From the IMG/VR virus record IMGVR_UViG_3300032291_003671: a stretch of DNA of 64,000 bases; one strand, 5' to 3'. The stretch comes from an uncultured virus (IMG/VR IMGVR_UViG_3300032291_003671). Lineage: Duplodnaviria; Heunggongvirae; Uroviricota; Caudoviricetes. Shown piece after piece: positions 9,446 through 19,518 of the stretch. Each line of letters opens with the position of its first letter. Within the stretch, counting starts at the first letter, position 1. The position numbers and the translations under genes are program-made. Under the pieces are notes generated by a model that had not been told where the DNA came from, did no database searches, and saw only the letters and a list, made by a program, of their open reading frames with translations.

Positions 9446-9796
9446 TTAATCTCCTTTAATTACCAACTCTCCATTGGGAGAATATGCTTTGAAACTTACT
9501 AATGAAGTGTTATTATTGATTCCTATGTATGGTAGTAATTCTCTAAGATATTTGTCAACCAAATAATAAGGGTCAAAATCTGTTTCCCAAATATTTTTTG
9601 AATTAATTTCAGGGTCATTTAGTTTGATAATTAATTCTATCATAGGGTACAGTTTACCAAAAGCTATATTTTCGTTATTCACAACAACATCTATAGTATC
9701 AATCATCGGATAGATGGTATGAATAATACCCGAATTAACTAGCTTCTCAAGAGCTTTGATTTGAAAGTCGTCTATATGTGGGACGTCGTTATTCAT
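9446..9796 (-). CDS. Hypothetical protein
   Basis: 116-aa ORF. Confidence 0.7.
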   Translation of the reverse strand: MNNDVPHIDDFQIKALEKLVNSGIIHTIYPMIDTIDVVVNNENIAFGKLYPMIELIIKLNDPEINSKNIWETDFDPYYLVDKYLRELLPYIGINNNTSLVSFKAYSPNGELVIKGD

Positions 9797-9802
9797 TATA
9801 AA

Positions 9803-10549
9803 TTAAGCTATTGTATCACCAAGTTTATCTAATTTTCTCGCTCCTTGAGCAATTAAACTATTACCTGAATTCTTTCTATTCATGATATCAATGTCAACAA
9901 GTGAATCAGGATTTGTATTTCCGTTAGCCACTTCATTATTGATTATCTTAGCAAATTTGTCAAACCATCCTGGTCCATTATAGGTTGCATAGACAAAGTT
10001 AAAAAATAACTTTGGATTGTTTTTAACAATTTCTCTTGATTCAGGAGTCAAATATTTTTCCATGTATTGATTAAACAATGGTTCCATGATTTGTACAATA
10101 AGACCTTTCAATCTTCCCGACAATGTTGGATTGTCTTTCAACATGTAATTATATTTCCAATTACTACGAGCATTTTCTTTATCAATAATATTCCAAAACT
10201 CTTTTCCTGCAGAAGTTAATTCTTGTTTACCCGCTTGTCTGTCCATTCCAAACATTGTTTCACCTGACCCACCATATCTTCTATCCTTTACTCTACCGTC
10301 CTTTAACATATCAGGGTGATAATATCCACCCTCAAAGTTATCAATAATTTTATCAACCGCGCTTCTAAAACTAGATGGTTTTCCAGAAGTTGACGGTGTT
10401 GTTGTCTGAGTTGAGGTGGTATCCGTAGAAACTTCAGTATTATTTTTACCCAAATCATCTAACGAGACTCCCGCCATTCCACCAATCATTTTTTTGATGA
10501 TGTTCACTAAATCTTGTTCGGTAAGTCTAACAACTTTTTTCTTTTTCAT
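9803..10549 (-). CDS. Putative GH108-like lysozyme; LTE leader
   Basis: FEGGY...GGSGETMFG resembles the GH108 EGGY...GGET.GI motif; leader followed by a T/S linker. Confidence 0.55.
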   Translation of the reverse strand: MKKKKVVRLTEQDLVNIIKKMIGGMAGVSLDDLGKNNTEVSTDTTSTQTTTPSTSGKPSSFRSAVDKIIDNFEGGYYHPDMLKDGRVKDRRYGGSGETMFGMDRQAGKQELTSAGKEFWNIIDKENARSNWKYNYMLKDNPTLSGRLKGLIVQIMEPLFNQYMEKYLTPESREIVKNNPKLFFNFVYATYNGPGWFDKFAKIINNEVANGNTNPDSLVDIDIMNRKNSGNSLIAQGARKLDKLGDTIA

Positions 10550-10607
10550 AAAGATAAATATTCAAGTAATTAAAAAACCCCATCTTTATGGGATGGGGTC
10601 TAATTAA

Positions 10608-11039
10608 TTAAATAACTGAGATTGAGTTAATTTTATCACCACCTTGTATTTGGTCAATAACACCTAACCCTTCAATCACTTGTCCGAAACAAGTATGGTT
10701 TCCATCTAAGTGTTGAGTGTTCTGTCTATTGTGACAAATAAAGAATTGTGAACCACCAGTATTGCGCCCTGCGTGAGCCATAGATAACACACCTCTATCG
10801 TGGAATTGTTTTGGTTGAGCCACTTCACAATTAATGTTGTAACCAGGTCCACCATTACCAAGACCGTTAGGGCACCCACCTTGCACCATAAAATTTGGGA
10901 TAACTCTATGAAAGTTTAATCCATCGTAGAATTTTTTCTCAATTAATCTTAAAAAGTTGTTTACGGTGATTGGAGTTTCGTTGTCATATAATTCAACAAT
11001 CATATCACCTTTGTCTGTAGAAATTTTTACTTTGCTCAT
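10608..11039 (-). CDS. ppiA: Cyclophilin-type peptidyl-prolyl cis-trans isomerase
   Basis: FHRVIPNFMVQGG, LSMAHAG, GSQFFI, HLDGNHTCFGQV. Confidence 0.95.
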   Translation of the reverse strand: MSKVKISTDKGDMIVELYDNETPITVNNFLRLIEKKFYDGLNFHRVIPNFMVQGGCPNGLGNGGPGYNINCEVAQPKQFHDRGVLSMAHAGRNTGGSQFFICHNRQNTQHLDGNHTCFGQVIEGLGVIDQIQGGDKINSISVI

Positions 11040-11118
11040 AATTTTGTTTTTTAAAATTATAGTAAAAACTTTTTAAATAAAAAACCCCTTCGGTTAGAAA
11101 GGGGTTTAAATTTAATTA

Positions 11119-11397
11119 TTAATATGTGGTTGGAATTAATGGATATATATTTATTTTATCGTGACTTGCACCTACCATACGAGCAAGGTCTCTTACCATT
11201 GCGGCCGCCTTAGGTCCAAACTCTTTATAATTTGTTATATAATCATCCCTATTGTCAAGGAAAAAAACAACATCAATACCATCCCCAAATTGACGAGCAT
11301 CTACTGAACGAATTTCAGGGAATTTTTCTTTGAATATTTTATGATTCAAAAGTTTATGTAGTGACTCAGCATTTTGTTGTAATGATTGTAATGACAT
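11119..11397 (-). CDS. Hypothetical protein
   Basis: 92-aa ORF. Confidence 0.7.
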   Translation of the reverse strand: MSLQSLQQNAESLHKLLNHKIFKEKFPEIRSVDARQFGDGIDVVFFLDNRDDYITNYKEFGPKAAAMVRDLARMVGASHDKINIYPLIPTTY

Positions 11398-11405
11398 ATT
11401 AATTT

Positions 11406-11819
11406 TTACTTAGTCTTTTGTGTTCCGTCGTTATTATATAGTTTTAAATATTCCGAATCTGACACCCATTTTTTATTATAACCATCATAGACAAATGTAT
11501 TGCCAGCCTCATCTACTTTTCTTCCACCGTGTTTAGGAGTCTCGGTCGCAGGTGTTGTGGATTTTGTTCCTTTAGTCGCACTTTCAAATGATGATTGTGT
11601 CATAGGACCCCATTTACCGTCAACAGTCAATTTTGCACCATATTTAGTGTTCAAAACTTCTTGAATTTTTTTAATAACATCAGGAGCAGTTGCTGCTGCT
11701 GATGGTGCTGCAGTCGTTGCTGGTGCAACAGGTGTTGTTTGTTCTGAAATTACTTTTCCTTTTTGATATTCAAAAAGGTATTTCATTGTGTTTAATTCTT
11801 CGTTAATTAAATTACTCAT
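11406..11819 (-). CDS. Peptidoglycan-binding domain protein; INE/ISE leader
   Basis: IQEVLN...LTVDGKWGPMTQ motif. Confidence 0.7.
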   Translation of the reverse strand: MSNLINEELNTMKYLFEYQKGKVISEQTTPVAPATTAAPSAAATAPDVIKKIQEVLNTKYGAKLTVDGKWGPMTQSSFESATKGTKSTTPATETPKHGGRKVDEAGNTFVYDGYNKKWVSDSEYLKLYNNDGTQKTK

Positions 11820-11850
11820 TTTATATATTTTTTATCCTTAGGTTAATTAA

Positions 11851-12735
11851 TTATGCTTGTACATATGCTGGTGGAGTTGTACCTGTAGGAGTATCGTTAG
11901 GTGGCGCTTGTTGATTATATGCGTCAGCAGGTACTCCTTGTGGTGAAAAGTCATTTGCTGTTTTAACCTTTGGTGTAGTACCTTCTAAAGATGTCAATAT
12001 TTTTTGTAATGTGTCAACATCCATCTTACCATTTTGTATTCCTAACAATTGTGTTGATTTAGCAAATCTTTGAGCAAGACCACTATTTCTTTTTTGTCTA
12101 TTAACTGTATTCGTTTTGAATTCAGTTGTACAACTATAATTACCCATAGTTCCGTCTGCTAATTTTTTTCTACCATTATTGTAGTAAAAAATACCTCCAA
12201 CATTATAAGCGGTAGTACCATCTTTCAGTTTATATGCTTTAGCGCCTGGTTGTTGTGTTGCACAAATAAATGTTGTTTTCCATGATTGTTCTCTTGTCAT
12301 TGGGTCAGCAGGTGCTGCTGCTCCAGTACCAACAATTTTAAATGAATTAGTTATAATATTAGGTCCAGCGGTTTGGAAAGTAATATTTTTACCTATTTTA
12401 GCTAACGCTTGTTTAATTTGTGTTGCGATTTGAACATCACCCATACCTAATTCACTATTTAATACTTCAAGTATGCTAAAATTATTATCTATAGGTTTTT
12501 GCTTAATTAAACCATTTACCGCATTATACAATTGTAATGAATTAATTTGTTGGATTGATTGGAGTAATAAATCTTCGTTAGTTGCTCCTCCTGACGTTGC
12601 ACGTCTAATGTCTCCCTGAATTTTGTTTGCAGTAACTCTCATTGCCTCGTCTTGTTCAGAAATAACCTCTCCTGATTTGGCATTGGTAAGACTTTTAAAC
12701 TTAATCAATTGTTCTGTTATGTTAATATTTTTCAC
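11851..12735 (-). CDS. Hypothetical protein with ITE/ISE leader
   Basis: Likely GTG start at 12735, downstream of TATTTAT at 12750. Confidence 0.7.
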   Translation of the reverse strand: MKNINITEQLIKFKSLTNAKSGEVISEQDEAMRVTANKIQGDIRRATSGGATNEDLLLQSIQQINSLQLYNAVNGLIKQKPIDNNFSILEVLNSELGMGDVQIATQIKQALAKIGKNITFQTAGPNIITNSFKIVGTGAAAPADPMTREQSWKTTFICATQQPGAKAYKLKDGTTAYNVGGIFYYNNGRKKLADGTMGNYSCTTEFKTNTVNRQKRNSGLAQRFAKSTQLLGIQNGKMDVDTLQKILTSLEGTTPKVKTANDFSPQGVPADAYNQQAPPNDTPTGTTPPAYVQA

Positions 12736-12807
12736 GATATTTTTTATTAATAAATAGTCATAAATATGCAAATAAAAAACCCCATCCGTTAAGAAAGGGG
12801 TTTATTA

Positions 12808-13146
12808 TTAATCTTCTTCTTCATCTTCTTCTGGATTCACATCGTACCATAAGTCAAATAATTGGTGTCCATACGTTTCTTTTAGATAATCCATGATTTC
12901 TTCGTGGTAGTTATCCAAGTCAGGATATTTTTCAATTAAGTCCTCATATACACCATAAAGAATATTGTCGGCATATTCAAATTCATCGTTAAAATTCATT
13001 GGGTCTTCACTATTGATGAACATATGAACTAAATCTAAAATTTCAGCGCTTCTTCTTCTTATTTTTGTTTCTATTTGTTCTTGAATTACTTGTTTAACCA
13101 AACCAATAATTTCAGATTCTGTTAATTGAATTGTTCTTTTTTTCAT
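12808..13146 (-). CDS. Acidic hypothetical protein with LTE leader
   Basis: MKKRTIQLTESEI; resembles 19519-20223 and 28758-29042. Confidence 0.8.
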   Translation of the reverse strand: MKKRTIQLTESEIIGLVKQVIQEQIETKIRRRSAEILDLVHMFINSEDPMNFNDEFEYADNILYGVYEDLIEKYPDLDNYHEEIMDYLKETYGHQLFDLWYDVNPEEDEEED

Positions 13147-13170
13147 ATGATATAAATATCTTATGATAGA

Positions 13171-13425
13171 TTAAATATATTTTTCAAGATAAGTTGCCAC
13201 CAATTCATTAAATGTTAGTTTAAAATTGGCAGGTTTAATTTTATTTTTTCTTGTCAAACCAGTATTGATAGCGAATTCCGCACATTCTCGTTTGTCCAAA
13301 TATTCACGAATTTCTATTTTATTGTAATCACATTTTGTAGAAATACCTAGGGTTTCCGCCCATTCATTAAATTTTAATTCTGATTTGAAATTACTTGGTT
13401 TGACTCTCAATTTGTTTTTTTCCAT
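13171..13425 (-). CDS. Hypothetical protein
   Basis: 84-aa ORF; TATATTTG promoter motif at 13449. Confidence 0.7.
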   Translation of the reverse strand: MEKNKLRVKPSNFKSELKFNEWAETLGISTKCDYNKIEIREYLDKRECAEFAINTGLTRKNKIKPANFKLTFNELVATYLEKYI

Positions 13426-13571
13426 CTGTCTCTATATTTTTATCTTCACAAATATACGAATAGTTTTTGGAATTTGAAACTTTAATTTCTTCTCCACCCG
13501 TACATTTCCAACAAATTCCATTCCCATCAATTAATATTTCAGGATGTTTTTCACAACTTCTTCTCATATTA

Positions 13572-13955
13572 TTAGTCAACATCAAAATAATAATGGTATA
13601 TTTTACAGTTAAAATTTAGGTTTCTAAAATCAGGTTCCATGGTATCACCTTCAGTTTCATCATTAATATGAGAAATATGTAATTCAGTAAATCTATCACA
13701 AAATTGTTCGTAGGTTGCCTTTCCACCAATGCACCAATCCGCTTTATTATAATCCGTTGATATATCAAGTTTATCATAAACAATAATTTCTCTTGCATCC
13801 AAATGTGGTAAAGATAGAGAAGTTCTATATCCTACCAATAGTTTGGAGTTTAATGTCATTCTTCTAAAATGAGCAAAATCTGTTTTGGATTTCCATGGAA
13901 GATTATTATTCAATCCGATGTATTTTGCTCTGTTAATTGCTAATATTCCTTTCAT
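13572..13955 (-). CDS. folA: Dihydrofolate reductase (compact)
   Basis: IG.NNNLPW...DFAHFR, VGYRT, CIGG, EGDT motifs. Confidence 0.88.
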   Translation of the reverse strand: MKGILAINRAKYIGLNNNLPWKSKTDFAHFRRMTLNSKLLVGYRTSLSLPHLDAREIIVYDKLDISTDYNKADWCIGGKATYEQFCDRFTELHISHINDETEGDTMEPDFRNLNFNCKIYHYYFDVD

Positions 13956-14096
13956 AATATATTATTAAAGGTCTTCACCCCACTTATTGCGAAGGTAGGT
14001 ATAGTACCTGTCTGTTCTTTTATACGTAAAGTATATAATATAGATATCAATAAACAAATCAATATTTCTGATAATTTTTTTAAGGTATTTCATTTT

Positions 14097-14285
14097 TTAA
14101 TTATTGTCAAGGATTTTAATTTTGTTAGGGTCAACTGGCCATACTGGTGTTCTACCAATAGTTACTTGGAACTTACCATGTAATGAATTGATTTGTGCGT
14201 AGGTACAAGTCCCAACTAAATTGGAACCTCCTCTTGGGTCTGGTACTGAAATTCTTTTTCCAATTAAATGATTATAATTTTCCAT
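14097..14285 (-). CDS. Hypothetical protein
   Basis: 62-aa ORF overlapping the upstream ORF. Confidence 0.6.
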   Translation of the reverse strand: MENYNHLIGKRISVPDPRGGSNLVGTCTYAQINSLHGKFQVTIGRTPVWPVDPNKIKILDNN

Positions 14286-14469
14286 CTTTCTTTTTAAGGT
14301 CTTCAGGTGTTACAAATGGGCTAGGTGGTTGTGCTGCCCGATATTGTTTCTCCAACTCTTCAGTCCAATTATCTTCAAGGTCTTCCAAAATTTCAAGTTC
14401 ATTGAACTCGGCAATTGCTTCTTCTAAAAACTTGTCAGTGTATTCAAACTCTTCTACTTTTTTTTTCAT
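14272..14469 (-). CDS. Acidic hypothetical protein
   Basis: Likely start MKKKVEEF. Confidence 0.6.
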   Translation of the reverse strand: MKKKVEEFEYTDKFLEEAIAEFNELEILEDLEDNWTEELEKQYRAAQPPSPFVTPEDLKKKDGKL

Positions 14470-14595
14470 AATTTTATTTGACCAATAACACAATTAAAAA
14501 TATAAAAAATATTACCAATATTGAATAGAATACAACTTGTTCTGAAAATTTAATTTGGTCTGGTCTTTTTCCTTGATTTTCCATAATACATAAAT

Positions 14596-14928
14596 TTATA
14601 CTAATTTTTTAGTTTTTCCTAATTTTTTATTAACTTTTTTGAACTCTTGTAAACATAGTTCACGACAATAAAACTTGAAATAGTCAGATTCGTCTTTAAC
14701 ACAAGGAAGTGTGTTTTCTTTAAAAATATCCGTGATGGTATTGTCTTTTTGATTCAAGTTGAAACAACGAGATACCATCACCATATCAGGTGAGGTTGAA
14801 CAAATCCTTTTTGGTATAAAATTTAGGTCAATATTAATATTAACCTCGTCATCATTGATATGATGTGATTGAGTGATGACATCTAAGTCATATAACTTGT
14901 AAATTAGGGATATAAGTGATTGTACCAT
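14596..14928 (-). CDS. Hypothetical protein
   Basis: 110-aa ORF. Confidence 0.6.
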   Translation of the reverse strand: MVQSLISLIYKLYDLDVITQSHHINDDEVNINIDLNFIPKRICSTSPDMVMVSRCFNLNQKDNTITDIFKENTLPCVKDESDYFKFYCRELCLQEFKKVNKKLGKTKKLV

Positions 14929-14957
14929 GATATAAAGATACCATTTTTAACCAATAA

Positions 14958-16073
14958 TTACAAATTATTATTCTCTTTTTTTTCTTTGAATTTTTCTTTA
15001 ATGGTGTCTAAAAGACCTCTTTTAAATGCTGCTTGCCAAACTGTCGATTTTAACTTATTATAAAAATCTGTATATGAATCGTATTTTAACGCTGTATCAA
15101 CAACTTCATCATCAGTAAGATATTGCCTATCCCTTTTAAGATTTTTTGTTAGATGTTGTAATCCACGTCTTCTAACACGGTTTGTCAAATTAGTGTTTTT
15201 ATAATAATCACTGTAGTTTTCATAACTATCAATTTGGTTTTTAATTTCTTCGTCAGAAATTCTAAAAGTGGCTCCCAAACTACCAGGCTTTGCAACATTC
15301 AACACTAACCAACCATTATTACGATATTCATTCTCATATTTGTTTTCCAATTCTTGAGCCTCTTCATAGGGTACATATCCGTCAGTCAACTCTTTAAATT
15401 TAAAAGTAGTACCAGGGTTTGCCTTTAAAAATTTAGTAACCGCACTGTCTTTTTCTCTACCAAAGTAATTTAGTCCAGTCATATGCTCCGAATGTCGTCT
15501 TTCTTCATTGGCGGTTAACCCAACGTAAGCGGCAATTGGAACTTCATTACCGTTTTTATCTTTTTCAGTGAATTCGTAAACATAAACCATTTTTTTACCA
15601 TAACTACCTTTAGGTGTCATGTGTGCGGTTACCCTATTCCAAAATTCTTCACCCTTTCTACGAGATTGTTGTTCTTTATTAGGGTCGTTTTCCCTAAAAT
15701 CTGAAACGTGTTGGTATTTTTTAGCAGCAGCTTCTAATTCTTCATCTGAATATAGATTAGCAACTCTAGTCATATCTTTAGTTATAAAGTTAAGATAATG
15801 TTGTGTATTCTTTACACTTTTTTTTGATGTGCAACCTACTTTATCACCATATATGTCAATACAAGGTCCTCTCATTTTAAACCTATTGTAAATTTTAAAT
15901 TGTTCGTTTCTAAATTGTATATATGGTTTACCCTTGTACTGTAAAATAATCTCTTCAACGTCTTCATCACTCAAAATATCTTTATATTTGTCGTGTGATT
16001 CATCCAAAATAACTAAACCATAGGTTAGTTTTTTAACATTTTCGAACTGAGACTCGGTAATTACAATTTTCAT
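14958..16073 (-). CDS. GIY-YIG family endonuclease with helical repeats; ITE leader
   Basis: VYVYEF...YVGLT...RRH..H...E.E...LN pattern; repeated (T/S)DEE...A.KY units. Confidence 0.75.
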   Translation of the reverse strand: MKIVITESQFENVKKLTYGLVILDESHDKYKDILSDEDVEEIILQYKGKPYIQFRNEQFKIYNRFKMRGPCIDIYGDKVGCTSKKSVKNTQHYLNFITKDMTRVANLYSDEELEAAAKKYQHVSDFRENDPNKEQQSRRKGEEFWNRVTAHMTPKGSYGKKMVYVYEFTEKDKNGNEVPIAAYVGLTANEERRHSEHMTGLNYFGREKDSAVTKFLKANPGTTFKFKELTDGYVPYEEAQELENKYENEYRNNGWLVLNVAKPGSLGATFRISDEEIKNQIDSYENYSDYYKNTNLTNRVRRRGLQHLTKNLKRDRQYLTDDEVVDTALKYDSYTDFYNKLKSTVWQAAFKRGLLDTIKEKFKEKKENNNL

Positions 16074-16126
16074 ATACTATAAATACCATAATAAACAAAA
16101 AACCCTTCGTTATGAAGGGTTTTACT

Positions 16127-16291
16127 TTATCTACGACCTCTAAAATGTCCACGAGGTATTGGGAAGTATAATGGACGAGAATAACTCGGCCTGTAGTAAC
16201 TACGACCCCTTGAGCCCCTATATGGACTAACTATCAGACATGAACTCATAGTAACCATTAACAACAAGAATAATACAAGTAACTTTTTCAT
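16127..16291 (-). CDS. Small putative lipoprotein, Arg/Tyr/Pro-rich (54 aa)
   Basis: Manually translated: MKKLLVLFLLLMVTMSSC-LIVSPYRGSRGRSYYRPSYSRPLYFPIPRGHFRGRR; lipobox-like MSSC. Confidence 0.7.
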   Translation of the reverse strand: MKKLLVLFLLLMVTMSSCLIVSPYRGSRGRSYYRPSYSRPLYFPIPRGHFRGRR

Positions 16292-16316
16292 AATTTTTAG
16301 TTTAATATAAATAGTT

Positions 16317-16910
16317 TTAACCTTCTTTATCGTTTTTTATAATATCTAACAGAGTAGACTTAGGAACAAATATCATGTGTAACTTATCGATATCCAAATC
16401 TGGGTCCATACAATGTATTAATCCACTTATATTTTCCTTGACATAATCTTCAACTTTTTCAAGGATATATTCTACTTCTAATTCTTTATATACATCATAA
16501 TCAACACTTAAAATAAGTGTTGCATAATTCGACTCTGAATCGTCTATTTCAATTAAATCATTAACAAACGAAATTTCTTTAACCATAAACTTTCTTAACA
16601 CATCAATATTAATATTCTCAATATTGTAGAATTTTCCATGAAATGAAAAATTATTTGTGTTGTAAACTACATTTGATGTGGTTGAGGGGTATACTATTGG
16701 AATAGTATTAGTACCTGTAGTTGTTAAAGTTGTTGGAGCTCCAATTATATCCCCCAATGAATTGTAAATGGTTATTGTACCAGTAGAAGACGAAGTAGTC
16801 GTTATAGTTTGAGTTGGTTCTACTGGTTCCAATAACGATGATATTCTTTCTGTCAGTGATGGACCTCCTCCATTAATTCTTCTTGTTAAATTATTTATTA
16901 AAGTTGACAT
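16317..16910 (-). CDS. Hypothetical protein with Thr-rich region
   Basis: 197-aa ORF. Confidence 0.7.
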   Translation of the reverse strand: MSTLINNLTRRINGGGPSLTERISSLLEPVEPTQTITTTSSSTGTITIYNSLGDIIGAPTTLTTTGTNTIPIVYPSTTSNVVYNTNNFSFHGKFYNIENINIDVLRKFMVKEISFVNDLIEIDDSESNYATLILSVDYDVYKELEVEYILEKVEDYVKENISGLIHCMDPDLDIDKLHMIFVPKSTLLDIIKNDKEG

Positions 16911-17070
16911 TATATTATTTGATTATAAACCAAGTATAAACAAATTATTCAAATAAAAAAACCCCATCCATAAGGAAGGGGTTATAATTATTAGTCTTCA
17001 ATTATCCACATTAGTAATAGTCCTAATAAAAATCCGACTATTAAAACAAATGCGGTTATGACAATGATTA

Positions 17071-17262
17071 CTACTTGAAAATCTGATTCCATGTTCTTGG
17101 AGGTCTTTTACCCTCGTATTCCATTTTATCCAATTCTTCGTGGAGTCTATCTACTTTAATTTTTTTACCTAATGCAGATATAGAATTTTGATATTGACTT
17201 GCTTGAATTGTTTCAATTTCGTCAATAATCTCAATAATTCTTTTTTCTTGTTCTATTCCCAT
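17071..17262 (-). CDS. Hypothetical protein
   Basis: 63 aa; promoter motif at 17291. Confidence 0.7.
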   Translation of the reverse strand: MGIEQEKRIIEIIDEIETIQASQYQNSISALGKKIKVDRLHEELDKMEYEGKRPPRTWNQIFK

Positions 17263-17443
17263 ATTTTATAATTGGTTTAAATGATGGCCACAAAGATACA
17301 AAAATTATTCAACATTAGAAATTTCTTTCCGATTATATGTTGAATAAATTGCCAAAATAAAATAAACCACAGGAATGGATAAAATGGATAACGCAACTGC
17401 CTGTGCAATCATTGAAAGGATGTGTAGAGCGAACATATATGTT

Positions 17444-17665
17444 TTATTTTGTTTGTGAATAATAATTTTCAATAAATTCTTCAATAGTCAATTCATCTCC
17501 TTTTGAAAAACTTTTATATTCTTCCTTAGATATTTTTTTCAAAACATAATCAAGGTCATGTAACCCATCAACAAATGAAATAGTGACATCCTCAATATTA
17601 TTGAATTGGAAAACTCCAACTGCATCACCATTTTTATAAACTCCTAAGTATATATTTTCTTCCAT
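17444..17665 (-). CDS. Hypothetical protein
   Basis: Start MEENIY chosen downstream of the promoter motif at 17685. Confidence 0.7.
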   Translation of the reverse strand: MEENIYLGVYKNGDAVGVFQFNNIEDVTISFVDGLHDLDYVLKKISKEEYKSFSKGDELTIEEFIENYYSQTK

Positions 17666-17749
17666 AATATGATTGATTTGTTTACAAAGATACAAAAATT
17701 TTATTACAATAAAAAACCTTTTGGATTATGAAGTGTTAATTGAGATAGT

Positions 17750-18592
17750 TTAACTTACTACGATTAAATATTTTCGGTTATACCCTAAACTTAATAAAAG
17801 ATTTTCAATTTCAGTTTTAACATTTGCCAATCTATAACTCCCGCTATTTCTTAACATTTGAAGTTGTGATGAACCTAATTTATCATTAGGAATAAATTTA
17901 ATACCTCTAAGACTAGAAGCACTTGGTAATTTTTTTATTTCTTTTTTGATTATTTTATTTAAATCGTCTTTAACCCATCTTTCTTCGTATTTGTTTATAG
18001 CACTAGTTGGAGTTTCAAGATTTAAACCACCGTGAGTTGCTTTACCTAAATCAATTCCCATGTAAGTTGTTAAAAACGCTTTAAAATTACTACTAATTTG
18101 GCCTACCGATGGAAGGTCTCCACCGTATTTTAAAAGTTCTTCAAAATCCACAATAACATCCATTTTCACATAATATGGTTTTGGTTCACTGAATTTAATT
18201 TCAACAAAGTCAGGTAAATTCAATTCCTCCATAAAAAACTTGATGGGTTTTGCATATTTCTCCAAGAAATTATATTGAGGTCTAAGACTTGTAAGTTGAC
18301 GTTCTCCTTTATTAACAATTGCCTGTCCGATAGAAACCGCTTTACGAACAGTTGAACCATAGGTCTCTCGTGCTGAATAAAGTTGCCCAAATTGTTTTAT
18401 ATATTTTGAAATCAAGTAAGACATTGGCATTGTAGAAGCTTCATCACCATGAGTCGTTTTAATCCAAGGTCTAAACTTTTCAAAAAATACCTCTAAAAAG
18501 TCCTCATCAGTATATTCAGATAAATCAACATTATTTGAATCACCCATATTTTCTAAAATAGTTCTTATTGTTTTCCTAATTTCAAAATCCAT
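17750..18592 (-). CDS. Hypothetical protein with IRxxLE-type leader
   Basis: 280 aa; TATTTAT at 18597. Confidence 0.8.
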   Translation of the reverse strand: MDFEIRKTIRTILENMGDSNNVDLSEYTDEDFLEVFFEKFRPWIKTTHGDEASTMPMSYLISKYIKQFGQLYSARETYGSTVRKAVSIGQAIVNKGERQLTSLRPQYNFLEKYAKPIKFFMEELNLPDFVEIKFSEPKPYYVKMDVIVDFEELLKYGGDLPSVGQISSNFKAFLTTYMGIDLGKATHGGLNLETPTSAINKYEERWVKDDLNKIIKKEIKKLPSASSLRGIKFIPNDKLGSSQLQMLRNSGSYRLANVKTEIENLLLSLGYNRKYLIVVS

Positions 18593-18643
18593 ATTAATAA
18601 ATACAAAGATAATAGATTAGTTCTTTGTTTTTGGGATTTTTAC

Positions 18644-18991
18644 TTAAAATCTTTTTCTATAGTAAATTTGAAATAAAATACTATATAACCATTTTGGATT
18701 ACGTTCATGATATTTTCTTTTAGGTGTTCCATTAATATAAGACCAATGAACTCCTACACATAATTCAAACATATATTGTTTGAACTCCCATTTAAGTTTT
18801 TCAATAAATGTTAATTTATAAACACTAACAGTGTAAATAAATTCATCTACTTCATCATTATACTCTCTATGAGTATAGAATTCACATAAATCACCTTTAT
18901 AGATACAAGTACCATGAAGATGAATATCATAATGATTGGTAATGAAATTGAAATCTACTTCATCATAGGGTATTGTAGCAATTAATTTCAT
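18644..18991 (-). CDS. Hypothetical protein
   Basis: 115-aa ORF. Confidence 0.7.
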   Translation of the reverse strand: MKLIATIPYDEVDFNFITNHYDIHLHGTCIYKGDLCEFYTHREYNDEVDEFIYTVSVYKLTFIEKLKWEFKQYMFELCVGVHWSYINGTPKRKYHERNPKWLYSILFQIYYRKRF

Positions 18992-18994
18992 ACA

Positions 18995-19177
18995 TTATTT
19001 GTTTTTTGGTAATGGATGTAATGTTTTTGCATCCAAATTTTTATCTATTCTTACATGTAAATCTGTCATTTTAGATTTATTTACAAGATAATTTTTATAA
19101 TCAACATCCAATTCTTTATAATGGTCTTTCCACATATTATAAAGTTCCATAAATTCAGATGTTGGTTCTTTTTTCAT
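18995..19177 (-). CDS. Hypothetical protein
   Basis: 60-aa ORF with operon-like spacing. Confidence 0.6.
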   Translation of the reverse strand: MKKEPTSEFMELYNMWKDHYKELDVDYKNYLVNKSKMTDLHVRIDKNLDAKTLHPLPKNK

Positions 19178-19183
19178 ATATAA

Positions 19184-19450
19184 TTATTTTGTTAGTGCAC
19201 CAATACTTACATTACTTTCTTTATATTTTTTATCCTGATAATCATAATACAACTTTCCATTCAAGTAACGATACATTGAAGCATTTGTGGAAATCAATTT
19301 TACTTCCGCAATACGTAATGCATCAGTATACATTTTAACATCATATTCTGATTTACTTTCATTCAACATAGTCGTAAAATCATCAATATCAGATTGTAAT
19401 GCTTTTGTTCTTCGCTCAAAAAATTTGATTGTTTGGTCTGTGTTATCCAT
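19184..19450 (-). CDS. Hypothetical protein
   Basis: 88-aa ORF. Confidence 0.7.
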   Translation of the reverse strand: MDNTDQTIKFFERRTKALQSDIDDFTTMLNESKSEYDVKMYTDALRIAEVKLISTNASMYRYLNGKLYYDYQDKKYKESNVSIGALTK

Positions 19451-19518
19451 GTGGGTAAAGGTTTATAGTTATTACTCACAAATATAATAAAAAATGTTGA
19501 TATAAAAAAATCTATAAT

